In this document: one piece after another, positions 9,814 through 20,171 of the stretch | Position numbering within the stretch: the stretch's first letter is position 1 | Layout of the letters: each line of letters begins with the position of its first letter | Virus record (IMG/VR): IMGVR_UViG_3300005731_000013 | Location: 1-64,000 of that record | DNA: 64,000 nucleotides | Strand: one strand, 5' to 3' | DNA from: a virus | Notes under the pieces: generated by a model | Told to the model about the DNA's origin: nothing | The model's input: only the letters and a program-made list of their open reading frames with translations | Databases searched by the model: none | Made by a program: the position numbers and the translations under genes

Positions 9814-10329
9814 TTAATATTGATTTTGATCTAGATACGCTCGGATGTCCCACGATTCTCGTATCTCTAAAAAGTCAACATCATTCAGATCTATGACATT
9901 ACGTTGCATTGAATTCAAAGCATATTTACCATCAAAATTAGCGATCATATATTCGTCGTTGTAAGTCAGATCACGGACGCGATCAAGTGTGATATTAACA
10001 CTATTATCCATATAATACATATTATACGCCATCGCGAGACCTCTACTATACTTACAACATTCGCCTGAATCAATGATCTCCCAGACTGTTGGCCATTGCT
10101 CAGAATTGAAAGGATCTATAGCAACATTGACTTCTGGTGCTTGTTGCCACCAAATGCTAATTGCCTCTAATGAAGATAGCAAAATATTTCTGTTGCATTT
10201 ACTACGATCATTACTATAATGATTATAGTGATCTTGCAGATCAATTCTAAAAGTTCTCCAACTTGCTAGGCGTTCGTCAGGCGACCGCAACCACAAATTT
10301 TGTAACTGATTTATGTTCAGCTGTTCCAA
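9814..10329 (-). CDS. Hypothetical protein
   Basis: 171-aa ORF, WPTVWEII..G.CC motif; directly upstream of nrdJ. Confidence 0.65.
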   Translation of the reverse strand: MEQLNINQLQNLWLRSPDERLASWRTFRIDLQDHYNHYSNDRSKCNRNILLSSLEAISIWWQQAPEVNVAIDPFNSEQWPTVWEIIDSGECCKYSRGLAMAYNMYYMDNSVNITLDRVRDLTYNDEYMIANFDGKYALNSMQRNVIDLNDVDFLEIRESWDIRAYLDQNQY

Positions 10330-10527
10330 AGTGTTGACTATTTTTGTTACAACGTATAGTGTCGCAGCGTGATCATATTAATATATGTTGCGTCTATCCC
10401 GTTTTTGTTACTGTGTATTTAGCATTTTGCTAAATGATTTAAACTATAATAGCATATAACCTATTGATTGTAAAGGATATTTTCTACTAAATATGGTGTC
10501 TGATCTGATCGCAAATACATGTAAACA

Positions 10528-11202
10528 TTATGTTTCATAATATTTTCCTACTCGATGGGCCCATTTTTCTGCATAAGCATCAAATTCATCATCCATAATT
10601 TCAAAAAGTTGAAATTCTGCATCTCTACTGCACATAAAAATGGCGACAGATTTTATGTTTGTTCCAAATAATGCATTGTGGGCTAATCCGTATGCTGTGG
10701 CCTGTAAAAGATAATCTTCAATCCACTCACGCTTTTTAGGTTTATTAGTTTGCTTAAAATCACAAATCGTATCTCTTTGTTTCCAAACACCTACTAAGTC
10801 TGTCGTGCCTGCATACAATCCTGGATAATATAGCCCAACTTCAGTTCCCCACATTTCACTTAAATGTGGGGATATATTTTCAATTACTGTATTTGCCATT
10901 CGACCTGCAACACGGTGAATAAGATTATCTTGACGAGTATACTCGTCATTTATAATCCATTTTTCTAAATACCCATGCATCAACGTTCCAACGTTTGCTG
11001 CTTCTTTAAGAATGCTGGCGGCTTGTTCATTGCCTACACGTTTTCGCCAGTTATTCAATGCATCACGGGTTTCTATTGGTTTAGTTTTATCTAGAATAGT
11101 TGTAACACTTGGCAATTTTTCACCAGATGGGGTCAAATATAATCGTTTGCCATTCTCTGAACTTCTAGATATTGATTGATAATTAAATTTTTCAGTTATC
11201 AT
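10528..11202 (-). CDS. PD-(D/E)xK exonuclease (phage exonuclease/Cas4-like)
   Basis: LPSVTTIL, GTLMH, E..LY, YAGTTDL, DFKQ, YLLQATAY. Confidence 0.88.
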   Translation of the reverse strand: MITEKFNYQSISRSSENGKRLYLTPSGEKLPSVTTILDKTKPIETRDALNNWRKRVGNEQAASILKEAANVGTLMHGYLEKWIINDEYTRQDNLIHRVAGRMANTVIENISPHLSEMWGTEVGLYYPGLYAGTTDLVGVWKQRDTICDFKQTNKPKKREWIEDYLLQATAYGLAHNALFGTNIKSVAIFMCSRDAEFQLFEIMDDEFDAYAEKWAHRVGKYYET

Positions 11203-11268
11203 AAATTTCTCTTTTTAAGCTGGTCTAAATGACCAATCAGTCTTCACATACCTTTAGTTATTAAATAG

Positions 11269-11302
11269 AAAAGAAGGAGATGATTTCATCTCCTTCTTTT
11301 TT
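11269..11302. terminator. Bidirectional intrinsic terminator
   Basis: aaaagaaggagatga-tt-tcatctccttctttttt. Confidence 0.8.
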
Positions 11303-11476
11303 GATTGTTTTAAATATATTTGGTGGTCATAAATTCATATTACACTGAACTCATTGATTTGTAAAGAACTTTTTAATATGCACTGTGACCTTTTCTATAA
11401 TTAATCATATTAAATTCACTAGATCGCAATATGTTAATGCACAATGCGGCTGACATCCCAGTCGGCATAATCTACA

Positions 11477-11716
11477 TTACATGTCTGATGCGTCAGGCGC
11501 TACTAATTCTTCAAAATCTTCGGCCAATCTATCAAAATAATTGTGCATCTCATAAACATGGTCTGCACCAATACCTAAATGGTTTGCTGATTCTTGAATT
11601 TTGCCATCAAGTGCGTGAATCATATTCACAATTTCAGCAACAGTCTGTTCCGGGGTTGATTGTGTCTCAGATACTTGCCCAATACCAGCAAGTGATTTCA
11701 TTCGTGTAATATCCAT
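11477..11716 (-). CDS. Small acidic protein with RxKxLAGI motif (probable head protein)
   Basis: MDITRMKSLAGI; AGGAG RBS. Confidence 0.6.
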   Translation of the reverse strand: MDITRMKSLAGIGQVSETQSTPEQTVAEIVNMIHALDGKIQESANHLGIGADHVYEMHNYFDRLAEDFEELVAPDASDM

Positions 11717-11910
11717 TATTGATCTCCTGTAATTGCTTGCAAACGCTGACCTAGCTTGGTTAAGTGGCGGGCCAAGTAACTTGCGTCATTTGACATATTT
11801 AGTTCATTTGCAATATCATAAATTTCTGATGTGATCGCCATCAGCTCGTTATCTGCTGCATTTGCTTCATCAATGCCAGCAAGAGATTTAATACGTTCTA
11901 AATCTTCCAT
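11716..11910 (-). CDS. Small acidic protein with RxKxLAGI motif (probable head protein)
   Basis: Start moved to ATG 11910 after AAGGA: MEDLERIKSLAGI. Confidence 0.6.
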   Translation of the reverse strand: MEDLERIKSLAGIDEANAADNELMAITSEIYDIANELNMSNDASYLARHLTKLGQRLQAITGDQ

Positions 11911-12012
11911 ATAATTATCCTTATCTTTATAACCATGCATTGCATGAAGTTCATTTGTTTCAGCTTCTTTATAAACATAGTTGTTATATTCCAGTCTGTC
12001 AACTGGTAATCA

Positions 12013-12639
12013 TCACCAATATAATTCCCATATAAATGTATTTTGTGTTACTGTATTCTTCTTCGCTACAATATTATAGCCTAGGCCTTGGAAATGGTTA
12101 ACTACTTGCGCAAATTCATATGCTTTTTTACGATCTTCTGTTTGGCCGTTCCATACATTATAATATGCAACTGATTCAGGATCTGTCGGGGTATATGTTC
12201 CTGCTGTTAACCCGATATCTGTTAACGCGGATCCGGACCCTTCTGCGATTGTAACGGCCCAATTTGATTGGGTTGTTTCATATGTCAATACAATATCTGT
12301 TTCGACTTGTCGAGCTCTCAGCCCTGAAACCAGAACATTATTAATATCTGCTACGACCTGTTTGACACCCGTTCCGTCAGTAGCATCGCCACCCAATACA
12401 ATAGTCTCTGATGCAATTATTACTGTGTCACCAGGTGTGAATGGAGCAAATCCTGTCCCTTCAATTGTGATTGATGGAGTGCTTTCTGTCATCAATGTTC
12501 CGTCGTCAACAGTGACATCTAACTCACCTGCGAGGGCAGCGGTATTGATTGCTCTGTGTATTGCATCAATTTCATCGTAAATGACCTGATCTGATGTTGT
12601 AATAATTCTAGCGGAGGCCGCTGTTAATCCATGTGTCAT
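12013..12639 (-). CDS. Probable virion structural protein
   Basis: 208 aa, T/G/D-rich; VADINN...GL.A...ALTDIGLTAGTY resembles sheath-type beta domains. Confidence 0.5.
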   Translation of the reverse strand: MTHGLTAASARIITTSDQVIYDEIDAIHRAINTAALAGELDVTVDDGTLMTESTPSITIEGTGFAPFTPGDTVIIASETIVLGGDATDGTGVKQVVADINNVLVSGLRARQVETDIVLTYETTQSNWAVTIAEGSGSALTDIGLTAGTYTPTDPESVAYYNVWNGQTEDRKKAYEFAQVVNHFQGLGYNIVAKKNTVTQNTFIWELYW

Positions 12640-12974
12640 AAATCACTTCCTATATCATCTGTTGCTTGTTTTGTTGCCATATTGTTGACATGATCCGCTT
12701 CTATTTCTTCTGCATCTCTACCAACCATCATATTAGTATCAGTAGTGGCTATTTGAATATTATCAGCATTGGCTGTCGAAACAATGTCAATATTGTCTAA
12801 TAGATCGAGCAAGGTTTGCTCATCAATTGCAAAACCTTGCTCTTCTAAGTCTATTAATAGACTCTGGGTGCTTACTTCGTCCAGACCTTCTGCACTTATA
12901 GCTGTTAATAACGTGATTACTTCTGAACGGAGATCATTACTATAATCACTATCAAACAGCTCTCTAAATCTCAT
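12636..12974 (-). CDS. Acidic hypothetical protein (probable virion)
   Basis: 112 aa in late operon; MRFRELF N-terminus. Confidence 0.55.
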   Translation of the reverse strand: MRFRELFDSDYSNDLRSEVITLLTAISAEGLDEVSTQSLLIDLEEQGFAIDEQTLLDLLDNIDIVSTANADNIQIATTDTNMMVGRDAEEIEADHVNNMATKQATDDIGSDL

Positions 12975-13669
12975 TAGATTTCGTCTTTCATCTCACGGCC
13001 AGTTGGCTCGTCGCCTCCAACTGTTGCGTCATCACCTGCAAATTCATCATCAATTTCCATAGATACGTCACCTTCATCTGACATGTCAGTGTCATCAAAA
13101 TCAGCATCCATTTCAAAATCATCCATATCAGTAGCAACGTCTTCACCTTGTGCAATTGCCAATGCACTGTCATATTCTTCCTTTGCTGACTTCAAAGCTT
13201 CAACTAAGTTTGCCAATGCTGCGTCAGCTTGTTGAGAAAAACTATCGCCTTCAGCTTGTCCAATTTCACTTTTCATTGCATCAACAATAGGAAGTAAGTC
13301 TTGAACTTGCATTTTGGCAGTATCTTCAATCATTGATTGAATCTTATCTGTAATTTCACGAGCAGCAAGAATAACTTTCGCTTCTTCAACTGAATCACCA
13401 TCAATACCTTCAGCAACCATATCAGTTAATTCAGTTTGAACATTAGCTTCCATCCAAAGGTCTAAGCTTTCTGCAATCATTTTGAACTTAATACGCTTGT
13501 TTATGTCATTATTTGACTCTGCAAGTTTTTTAGCCCTTTTACCCATGTTTGTGGCTTGTTTCATGGTCATATTTGACAAGTTCATGTCATAATCGTAATT
13601 CTCTGCTAGTGCTTGTGTCAATTTTTCTAACTTAGTTGCACTATGAGATGTGAATTCATTTAAAATCAT
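12974..13669 (-). CDS. Probable prohead scaffold/core protein
   Basis: 231 aa, helical, very acidic C-terminus; TAAATA and GGAG upstream. Confidence 0.45.
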   Translation of the reverse strand: MILNEFTSHSATKLEKLTQALAENYDYDMNLSNMTMKQATNMGKRAKKLAESNNDINKRIKFKMIAESLDLWMEANVQTELTDMVAEGIDGDSVEEAKVILAAREITDKIQSMIEDTAKMQVQDLLPIVDAMKSEIGQAEGDSFSQQADAALANLVEALKSAKEEYDSALAIAQGEDVATDMDDFEMDADFDDTDMSDEGDVSMEIDDEFAGDDATVGGDEPTGREMKDEI

Positions 13670-13712
13670 ATTAAATCTCCGTTGTTATATATTATTTATT
13701 AAGATCGCATAT

Positions 13713-14312
13713 TTATAAAGATTTCAGGAGGCGCAATTTAGCACTTGCCATTTTATCTTTACAATTTGAATATTTTGCCGACACTACGTCAAATTGTACT
13801 GAACTTTCATCCAGTCGTTGTAACCGTGTTTTGTGGCTATATGTTTCGAGCATTGCCCCAATATAGGCAGCATCTAATTCTAAGATGCGATCAATTTTAT
13901 GTTCATGCTTAGTATAAAGCATATGTTTTACAATTCCCATCGCACTTTCAAATAGGCCTAGATCTTCATATATCATGCTCTTAGTTTTATTATCATAAAT
14001 TGTGTAAAATGTTTTACGCAAGCTTTCATGTACGATCTTCTTTTCTGTGCGGATATCATAATATGAAATTGATACCCCTTCTTCAGTTTTTGTGGCCTGT
14101 AATGCCACACCTAAGTCTGGGGCTTTGCGACTTTCAGTAACCATGTCATGTGCTGATTGACTTGATGCTTTTTGTAACTTTTGCAAAACATCAGCCATTG
14201 CCTTTGTTTCATCTTGTGATGCTACAGTTTTGTCGACTTTGATGGACCCGTCAAGTTTCCCTAGGATATTCGCCATTGCATCAATTTGTGATTGTTCTGT
14301 CATCTTTTTCAT
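13713..14312 (-). CDS. Hypothetical protein (probable virion)
   Basis: 199-aa ORF with GAGG RBS in late cluster. Confidence 0.6.
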   Translation of the reverse strand: MKKMTEQSQIDAMANILGKLDGSIKVDKTVASQDETKAMADVLQKLQKASSQSAHDMVTESRKAPDLGVALQATKTEEGVSISYYDIRTEKKIVHESLRKTFYTIYDNKTKSMIYEDLGLFESAMGIVKHMLYTKHEHKIDRILELDAAYIGAMLETYSHKTRLQRLDESSVQFDVVSAKYSNCKDKMASAKLRLLKSL

Positions 14313-14478
14313 CCTCTAAATAATACATTTGATTCAACGCTTCTGATAATGCTAATGGATCAATATTACTTAGTCCTTCACACGGCGGGCAGGGTGACCC
14401 TACAATATCTGAACCTTCAAATTGTTGCCTACATTTTGGGCATATTTGTTGAACTGGTATCATATCAAGTTCTATCAC
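14281..14478 (-). CDS. Small zinc-ribbon protein
   Basis: CPKC...CPPC; fills the gap between neighbours. Confidence 0.45.
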   Translation of the reverse strand: MIELDMIPVQQICPKCRQQFEGSDIVGSPCPPCEGLSNIDPLALSEALNQMYYLEDEKDDRTITN

Positions 14479-14686
14479 CCCACTGTGGCGAATGGACGGT
14501 TGTGTCTTCTTTTTCTAATTCAGCTAAGATAAATTTTGCCATCTTACGTTCAAAACCATATGGCCATCTGTGATCTTTTTCTTGAGATACATAATTTGAA
14601 ATACCTTTACTAATTTTAGATAACGTTTCCTCACTTGTATCATTTTCACAAATTCCTGCCAGATCTTTTATTCTGTCTAAATCCAC
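14465..14686 (-). CDS. Small protein with RxKxLAGI motif
   Basis: MDLDRIKDLAGI. Confidence 0.6.
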   Translation of the reverse strand: MDLDRIKDLAGICENDTSEETLSKISKGISNYVSQEKDHRWPYGFERKMAKFILAELEKEDTTVHSPQWGDRT

Positions 14687-14904
14687 TAACTTATTCCTTT
14701 ATTTTGATTCTTCATATAGTAGATGCCTTTATCAGCATCATTAAACCTTTGAAGAATACCACGGCTGGTCAGCATCCGTGCTAATTCCGCTTGGCGCGCC
14801 GTTAACTCTGATTTGTACACAGACTCATTAATGCTTTCGACAAAATCGTATTCTGGCCCAGACACAAATGTTGGGATACCGCCTTTTGTCATAATTGAAC
14901 GCAT
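14686..14904 (-). CDS. Hypothetical protein
   Basis: 72 aa, coupled on both sides. Confidence 0.6.
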   Translation of the reverse strand: MRSIMTKGGIPTFVSGPEYDFVESINESVYKSELTARQAELARMLTSRGILQRFNDADKGIYYMKNQNKGIS

Positions 14905-16127
14905 TATTTTATTCCCGCTCTATGTTGTAACCACTTAGTCATTTCGGCAATGTTACTATTAAAACTAGCAATTAATGATCCATCATCAAACGATCCTGAT
15001 TTTCCTGAAGTATTTTTCCAAGCATTATCTGGCCAACTCATCCAATAAGCATCGCCATTATTAGTAGAATACTCAAGCCAACCATTCTTATCTTTATCAC
15101 CAGAATAAAAATAATTATGCTTGTTCATTAATGATTTAACTTCTTTTGGAGAAATATATTCTTTAGTTGATTCATACATGTCGTCATCTTTATAGCCTAA
15201 ATTACCGTTAAGCCTATCATATTCATCGTCACCGTATTGTAATCGTAAATTATATTCTTCTTGTTCGCTATCAGCATAATCGTTAATTTCTAGACGATTA
15301 ACGTCAACAAAGTCTATACCGCCATTATAATACGAAACTTGAATCTGTCCGTTTTCTTCACTGCCATAAATTTCACCTGTATTTCCTTGATCATCAATAA
15401 CTGGATCACCATATGCAAACTTAGATGTATCTTCTTCAATTGATGATTCATTAGTTGATGAATTATTTGGTAATTTTACAATACGATCGTTTGACCCTTC
15501 ATATTCTTCTGCTGCCCATTCTGCAACATCAGTAGTGTCAGTTCCAATATCTTTGCCAATTATCATAATCAAACTTCTATCAATTACAAATCCTTTGCCT
15601 TGCAACGCATTGCCTGAAAAGCGTTTAGCTAAACGGGCTGATGGAAAGTCAATTATCAATGCATGAGAAAAGCTTTCATTTGATTGGGTTTCTTCAATCG
15701 GTTCTTCTTGTTTCATTTCTGGTTCGTCCTCATTGTCAATATTTGTTGTCGATACGCCATTCTGAACACCGCCTGAATAATTGCTGGCTGGTTGTGTAGT
15801 TTGGGCGTTACTTGATTTAGTTTGTTTTTGTGCAGTTTGCCCGTTACCAGGCTGGGGGCGTTTGCTGGCTGCGCTTGTGGCCTGGCGGCCTCCTCCCATT
15901 GAATATTCATCTAATTTCAATAATGGATCAAGTATTATTTTAATCTCACTTTTATTATTAGCTTCGTAGGCAGAATCGATATCAAGTAAATCACTTAAAC
16001 TTAAATTATTTACAAGTTCATCGAGTACATCATCATCAACATCATCTTTATAAATATCGTTTATAATATGCTGTAATATTTCATGAATGGTTGCTCCCAT
16101 TTCCTCCATATTTTCAAATAATTTCAT
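14904..16127 (-). CDS. Acidic multi-segment protein, probable internal head protein
   Basis: MKLFEN start, low-complexity linkers, C-terminal WLQHRAGIK. Confidence 0.55.
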   Translation of the reverse strand: MKLFENMEEMGATIHEILQHIINDIYKDDVDDDVLDELVNNLSLSDLLDIDSAYEANNKSEIKIILDPLLKLDEYSMGGGRQATSAASKRPQPGNGQTAQKQTKSSNAQTTQPASNYSGGVQNGVSTTNIDNEDEPEMKQEEPIEETQSNESFSHALIIDFPSARLAKRFSGNALQGKGFVIDRSLIMIIGKDIGTDTTDVAEWAAEEYEGSNDRIVKLPNNSSTNESSIEEDTSKFAYGDPVIDDQGNTGEIYGSEENGQIQVSYYNGGIDFVDVNRLEINDYADSEQEEYNLRLQYGDDEYDRLNGNLGYKDDDMYESTKEYISPKEVKSLMNKHNYFYSGDKDKNGWLEYSTNNGDAYWMSWPDNAWKNTSGKSGSFDDGSLIASFNSNIAEMTKWLQHRAGIK

Positions 16128-16353
16128 CTGTTCAGTGCCTTATGTCATAAATGCGTTGTTCACGGAGCCCATCCTAACTACTCTATCATTACAAAGTAAA
16201 TAACAGCATATGAATATTTATCAACATTACACTTATTTGATAGTATAGTCAAATTTAGACATATAGTAATACGGAGTGCGGGCCAGTTTGCCACTATCAG
16301 ATTTCTAAATTACATAGTTTACTTCATCAAATTGCGTTAACGAAATAAATTGA

Positions 16354-16638
16354 TTATTTGTTGAGGGCGCGAACCATTTTGCTTGCAGGATTGGTGCGCT
16401 TGGTTCTTTGCGCTTTACGTGCCATCCTAGACCCTTTTTGTGCTTTTGTTTTACGAAGGGTAAACCGTTTTTTCATATTAACAGGTTTACTACATTGTGT
16501 AGGATTACTTACAATTCTGCCTTTACGCTTACCATAAGTGCAACGGAATTTTCGAGCAATGCTTTTACCTTTACGTGCCCAGACCATCTTTGTCTCAACC
16601 AAGTCTTCTACTTCATTCACAATATCTATTAATTTCAT
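16354..16638 (-). CDS. Small highly basic protein (probable nucleic-acid binding, virion)
   Basis: MKLIDIVNEVE then K/R-rich body with FRCTYGKRKGRIV...C. Confidence 0.65.
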   Translation of the reverse strand: MKLIDIVNEVEDLVETKMVWARKGKSIARKFRCTYGKRKGRIVSNPTQCSKPVNMKKRFTLRKTKAQKGSRMARKAQRTKRTNPASKMVRALNK

Positions 16639-16656
16639 TATTATTCCTTAAGGCCT

Positions 16657-16953
16657 TTACAAAAATGCAATCAAAATGACAATAATAGTGCTAAGTAATC
16701 CGCCTATTACTGTTGCGGCAGCACCGACAAATATTTTGTTAGTTCCTTGTGTATTTATTGCGTTTTCTTCACGTATTTGTGTCATATTTTCTGCATGTTC
16801 TTTACGAAATGTTGCCAATTCTAATATTAATGCATCCATACGTTCATCCAACGTCTCAACTTTTTCAGACAGAATATGATACCGTTGACGTGACATGTCA
16901 ACGTGAACTTCAAGATTTGTTTTTTCTAATTCACTATTGAACACACCACTCAT
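16657..16953 (-). CDS. Coiled-coil protein with C-terminal TM helix
   Basis: LEVHVD..RQRY coiled coil; IFVGAAATVIGGLLSTIIVILIAFL. Confidence 0.65.
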   Translation of the reverse strand: MSGVFNSELEKTNLEVHVDMSRQRYHILSEKVETLDERMDALILELATFRKEHAENMTQIREENAINTQGTNKIFVGAAATVIGGLLSTIIVILIAFL

Positions 16954-17008
16954 CCTAATTCCTTACTATGAATATTTATCGTAAATTAAGAAAAAATAAG
17001 AAAAAATA

Positions 17009-17425
17009 TCAACAATGTAATTCAAAATATAAATTTTTATGGTGTGATGTGTCGAAAATATCTACTAGAAAATCAACAGTATTATCTAAATCTGGAGTAA
17101 TAGCAATACCATTTGCATCATCATTTAATATTGCAAAATAATCATTACCATCATCCCAAATCGATTCAGGTTCAATATAAAATTCTAAAACCCAAACAGT
17201 CAAATCATCAGAATTATAAAAATCATGAAATCCATAATCTTTTGACGATACATTTTTTAAAACTTTAATTTTTGGTTCAAGCGGTTGAGTTCGCAGCCCA
17301 ATTGTCTGCAATAATACATTCAAATTTTGTTGTTGATGATATTCTTTTGTATTACTGTCACGAACTTTGGTTGTCCCAGTATCAGTGATATCAACCAATG
17401 TATACGCTTGAATTAAATCTGTCAT
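17009..17425 (-). CDS. Hypothetical protein
   Basis: YTLVDITDTG...QQQNLNVLLQTIGLRTQP; coupled to upstream gene. Confidence 0.65.
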   Translation of the reverse strand: MTDLIQAYTLVDITDTGTTKVRDSNTKEYHQQQNLNVLLQTIGLRTQPLEPKIKVLKNVSSKDYGFHDFYNSDDLTVWVLEFYIEPESIWDDGNDYFAILNDDANGIAITPDLDNTVDFLVDIFDTSHHKNLYFELHC

Positions 17426-18138
17426 ACCAAATTTTTACCAAGGTGATATCCGCCAGCAAACCCTGCGGCTGCGGCAGCACCTGCTGCGGCGGCAGTTTTC
17501 AATGTCGAATGTTCTGGATTAGTGGCTGATTGATCTACTAAATTTTGACTGTTTGCCAATGATGTCAACAAGTCATATATCTCTGATCGACGGGCATGGG
17601 CTTTATAAAAGAATAACATACGTGTCAAAATTGTTCGTTTCTGACTTGTTTGTAACGTTTGCCAACTTTGTGCCATCCGTCTAACAGATCGATAATTTGA
17701 ATTTTCAATATATAATGATTGTTCTAAACGCTGTAATGTTTGACGCGCCATTTCAGAAGTCAATCTATTGGCAGACGCTGTTCGTAAATATCTAATAACA
17801 TTATTGTTATTAAACGTCACTTTGTCAAGCAACACTGCGTCAGATTCTGATTGTAATAAATCAGTTCGATGCTCTTGAATCACATGCAAGTTCAGATATA
17901 AATCTGTGCTATTTTGTCGGAATTGATTAAAATTATTATATGTGCTTGTTCGGGATGCATATTTAATAGCATCCGCGGCATAATCAAATTCATTTATCAA
18001 AATCCAAATAGCTATCATATCCATAAACGCATGGTCGCAGATTTCACGAGATGTTTGATTTTTGAACGCTTGTTTACTACGATACATTTTACTCTCAGTA
18101 AAATCTGTCACCAATGATAATTCTAGTTTTTTGGTCAT
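17422..18138 (-). CDS. Hypothetical protein (probable virion)
   Basis: 238 aa with Ala/Gly-rich C-terminus; TAAATA upstream. Confidence 0.65.
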   Translation of the reverse strand: MTKKLELSLVTDFTESKMYRSKQAFKNQTSREICDHAFMDMIAIWILINEFDYAADAIKYASRTSTYNNFNQFRQNSTDLYLNLHVIQEHRTDLLQSESDAVLLDKVTFNNNNVIRYLRTASANRLTSEMARQTLQRLEQSLYIENSNYRSVRRMAQSWQTLQTSQKRTILTRMLFFYKAHARRSEIYDLLTSLANSQNLVDQSATNPEHSTLKTAAAAGAAAAAGFAGGYHLGKNLV

Positions 18139-18162
18139 GTTACTTACCTTATATCAAAGTAT

Positions 18163-19263
18163 TTAGCCCGGAGTCCAACGATGACGTGGAACCAATTTTA
18201 CTTTGTTTTTCAAACTAACATAACCTTCGCCACCTGCTTGCCCAGCTGTAGATGCTTTAATATCCGTATCTTCAGAATCTACTTGGTCGATGATCATGTT
18301 TTTCGCATCACCCACAGCTTTAAATAATTCAAACAACGCAGGAAATGCCGTTGGATTTTCTTCAGCAATCGCGGCTAATTTTGCCTGTTTATTTGCACTA
18401 ACTTTAGATGTAGCTAACCATTTGAAAAATCCCTCAACATTTACTTTGCTCAAATCACCACCACGGACTGTTTGATTGTTAAAAGTATACAATATATTTG
18501 ATATATCACTCAATCCTTTGCGGCGTTCGATCAATGCATCTACAATAGGTCCTGATTTTTTCGCCAATATTTCTAATTTTTTCAATGCACCGTCATCTAA
18601 TTTTGGCGTTTTTGGCGCATATGTCTGACCCATGGCCAATACTTCATTTGAATTCAATGTTTTTACAGTAGCATCTAATACCACTGCTTTGTTTGGACTA
18701 TTCCATCCATCAAATCGTTGGTGCAATGCGATGCCGACATGTGTTTCGGCTACACGCTTTCCTATAGCGGTTTTTGGGTTTGCAGTATATGTTACTTTAT
18801 TAGGTGTAAACACAATACCATCAGATGTTGATGTTTTTGGAGATAACACTGGAGAATAAATTAAATCACCCATGACAAATCCTTTAAATCCTAGAGGGAC
18901 AGAACGTTCAAGCATAGGGTAAATTTGATAAAAATCTTCGGCCATTACTGCTCGCCAATCTTCACCCTTGCCTGCGGTTTTGATATAGTCACGTATTTGT
19001 TCTGGTGATTGCATTGGTTCATTCTTATGCCAATTACCTTTAGTCCCCATCCCAAAATCGCCGTTTTCATCACGGCCATAAAATAATGCTGCAATTCCAT
19101 CCCATTTTAAACTAATGTCATGATTATCACTAGTTAAATTATGCAAAATTTCAATTGCTTCGGCTGCGCCTTCACTTCCATAAAAAAGAACTAAATCTTC
19201 TAAATGATTAAGGTCACGGCCCATTTTTCTTCGTTCGGCTTCAGTTATCTGTCGTAATCTCAT
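18163..19263 (-). CDS. Ligase-fold (RNA ligase-like) protein
   Basis: HLEDL, ISLKWDG (motif I KxDG), GDLIY, GEGYV, VKLV.R. Confidence 0.6.
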   Translation of the reverse strand: MRLRQITEAERRKMGRDLNHLEDLVLFYGSEGAAEAIEILHNLTSDNHDISLKWDGIAALFYGRDENGDFGMGTKGNWHKNEPMQSPEQIRDYIKTAGKGEDWRAVMAEDFYQIYPMLERSVPLGFKGFVMGDLIYSPVLSPKTSTSDGIVFTPNKVTYTANPKTAIGKRVAETHVGIALHQRFDGWNSPNKAVVLDATVKTLNSNEVLAMGQTYAPKTPKLDDGALKKLEILAKKSGPIVDALIERRKGLSDISNILYTFNNQTVRGGDLSKVNVEGFFKWLATSKVSANKQAKLAAIAEENPTAFPALFELFKAVGDAKNMIIDQVDSEDTDIKASTAGQAGGEGYVSLKNKVKLVPRHRWTPG

Positions 19264-20171
19264 AAATATTTCTCAATTTCATCTGGAACACCTAATTGTT
19301 GGATTGAATAATCTTTAGACAAATCATGTGCTACTTTGGCAGCTATATCCTGACCATGATTTTGTTCGATCGCTGCAAAAACTGTTTCAAAGCTATCTAG
19401 AACATCAGCGCCCCCTAAACCAAGTTTGTTAGCAATTTCTTTGCCCGTCTTCCAAGGACCGCCGATAATTTCATTATGGTGTTGTTTTGTATATCCGTCG
19501 CCACGTTTCTTAGGGACAGGTGTTCGGCGAATTCGAACCAGGCCTTTCTTACTAGAAAACATATAACGTTCTACCCATTCAGGACGACCATCTGGTATTT
19601 TTTCATCAGATTCATTTCTATCAACATATTGGCTCAGCGCACCTATAACAATGTTACGATGTGCCCCTTTATATTTGCTATCATCTTGATGCGGTGCATG
19701 ATAGAACGTTTTAAGCCAATTCGGATCCTCGTCAATCATAAAATCTACTTGCACATATCCAGTGCGGGGGCGATCTGTTTCTAAATCTGGATTATAATTT
19801 TGTATTTCAACACGTGATATAACCACCAATACACTTTGACGAGCATCTTCAACAATAGAACTTTTGTTCACTCGCTCAATAAATGCAGGTATTTGATCAT
19901 CTGGCATTTTTAATGCAACATCAATATCGCCACTGAATTCTTTCTTACCAACAGACCCCAATGTATTATCACGTAAATTGACCCCTAAATCTTTCTCCAA
20001 ACGTGCAATTGTAGGCCCAATTTCACTGATATGGATTGCGCCTACACCTTCCATCGCACCGCCTTCATGCAATTCAATAGGGACTAGATCAACCCCATGT
20101 CGTCGCGTAACCCGTGGGCCACGGTTGTTATGCCGTTTACTACTGCCACTAAGAACGTCTGTTATTTTCAT
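19260..20171 (-). CDS. Pol beta-superfamily nucleotidyltransferase
   Basis: LGSVGKKEFSGDIDVAL and YVQVDFM. Confidence 0.75.
   Translation of the reverse strand: MKITDVLSGSSKRHNNRGPRVTRRHGVDLVPIELHEGGAMEGVGAIHISEIGPTIARLEKDLGVNLRDNTLGSVGKKEFSGDIDVALKMPDDQIPAFIERVNKSSIVEDARQSVLVVISRVEIQNYNPDLETDRPRTGYVQVDFMIDEDPNWLKTFYHAPHQDDSKYKGAHRNIVIGALSQYVDRNESDEKIPDGRPEWVERYMFSSKKGLVRIRRTPVPKKRGDGYTKQHHNEIIGGPWKTGKEIANKLGLGGADVLDSFETVFAAIEQNHGQDIAAKVAHDLSKDYSIQQLGVPDEIEKYL

Noticed and set aside
9803-9853. Longer nrdJ N-terminus from the ORF track
   Set aside because: Overlaps the upstream gene; the AGGAG SD supports ATG 9802.
10528-11202. Cas4 as part of a CRISPR-Cas locus
   Set aside because: No array or other cas genes; an ordinary phage PD-(D/E)xK exonuclease.
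16128-16353. Structured ncRNA or tRNA in the 226-nt intergenic gap
   Set aside because: No cloverleaf or convincing long stems by eye; it holds a TAAATA promoter and only tiny ORFs. An Infernal scan would settle it.
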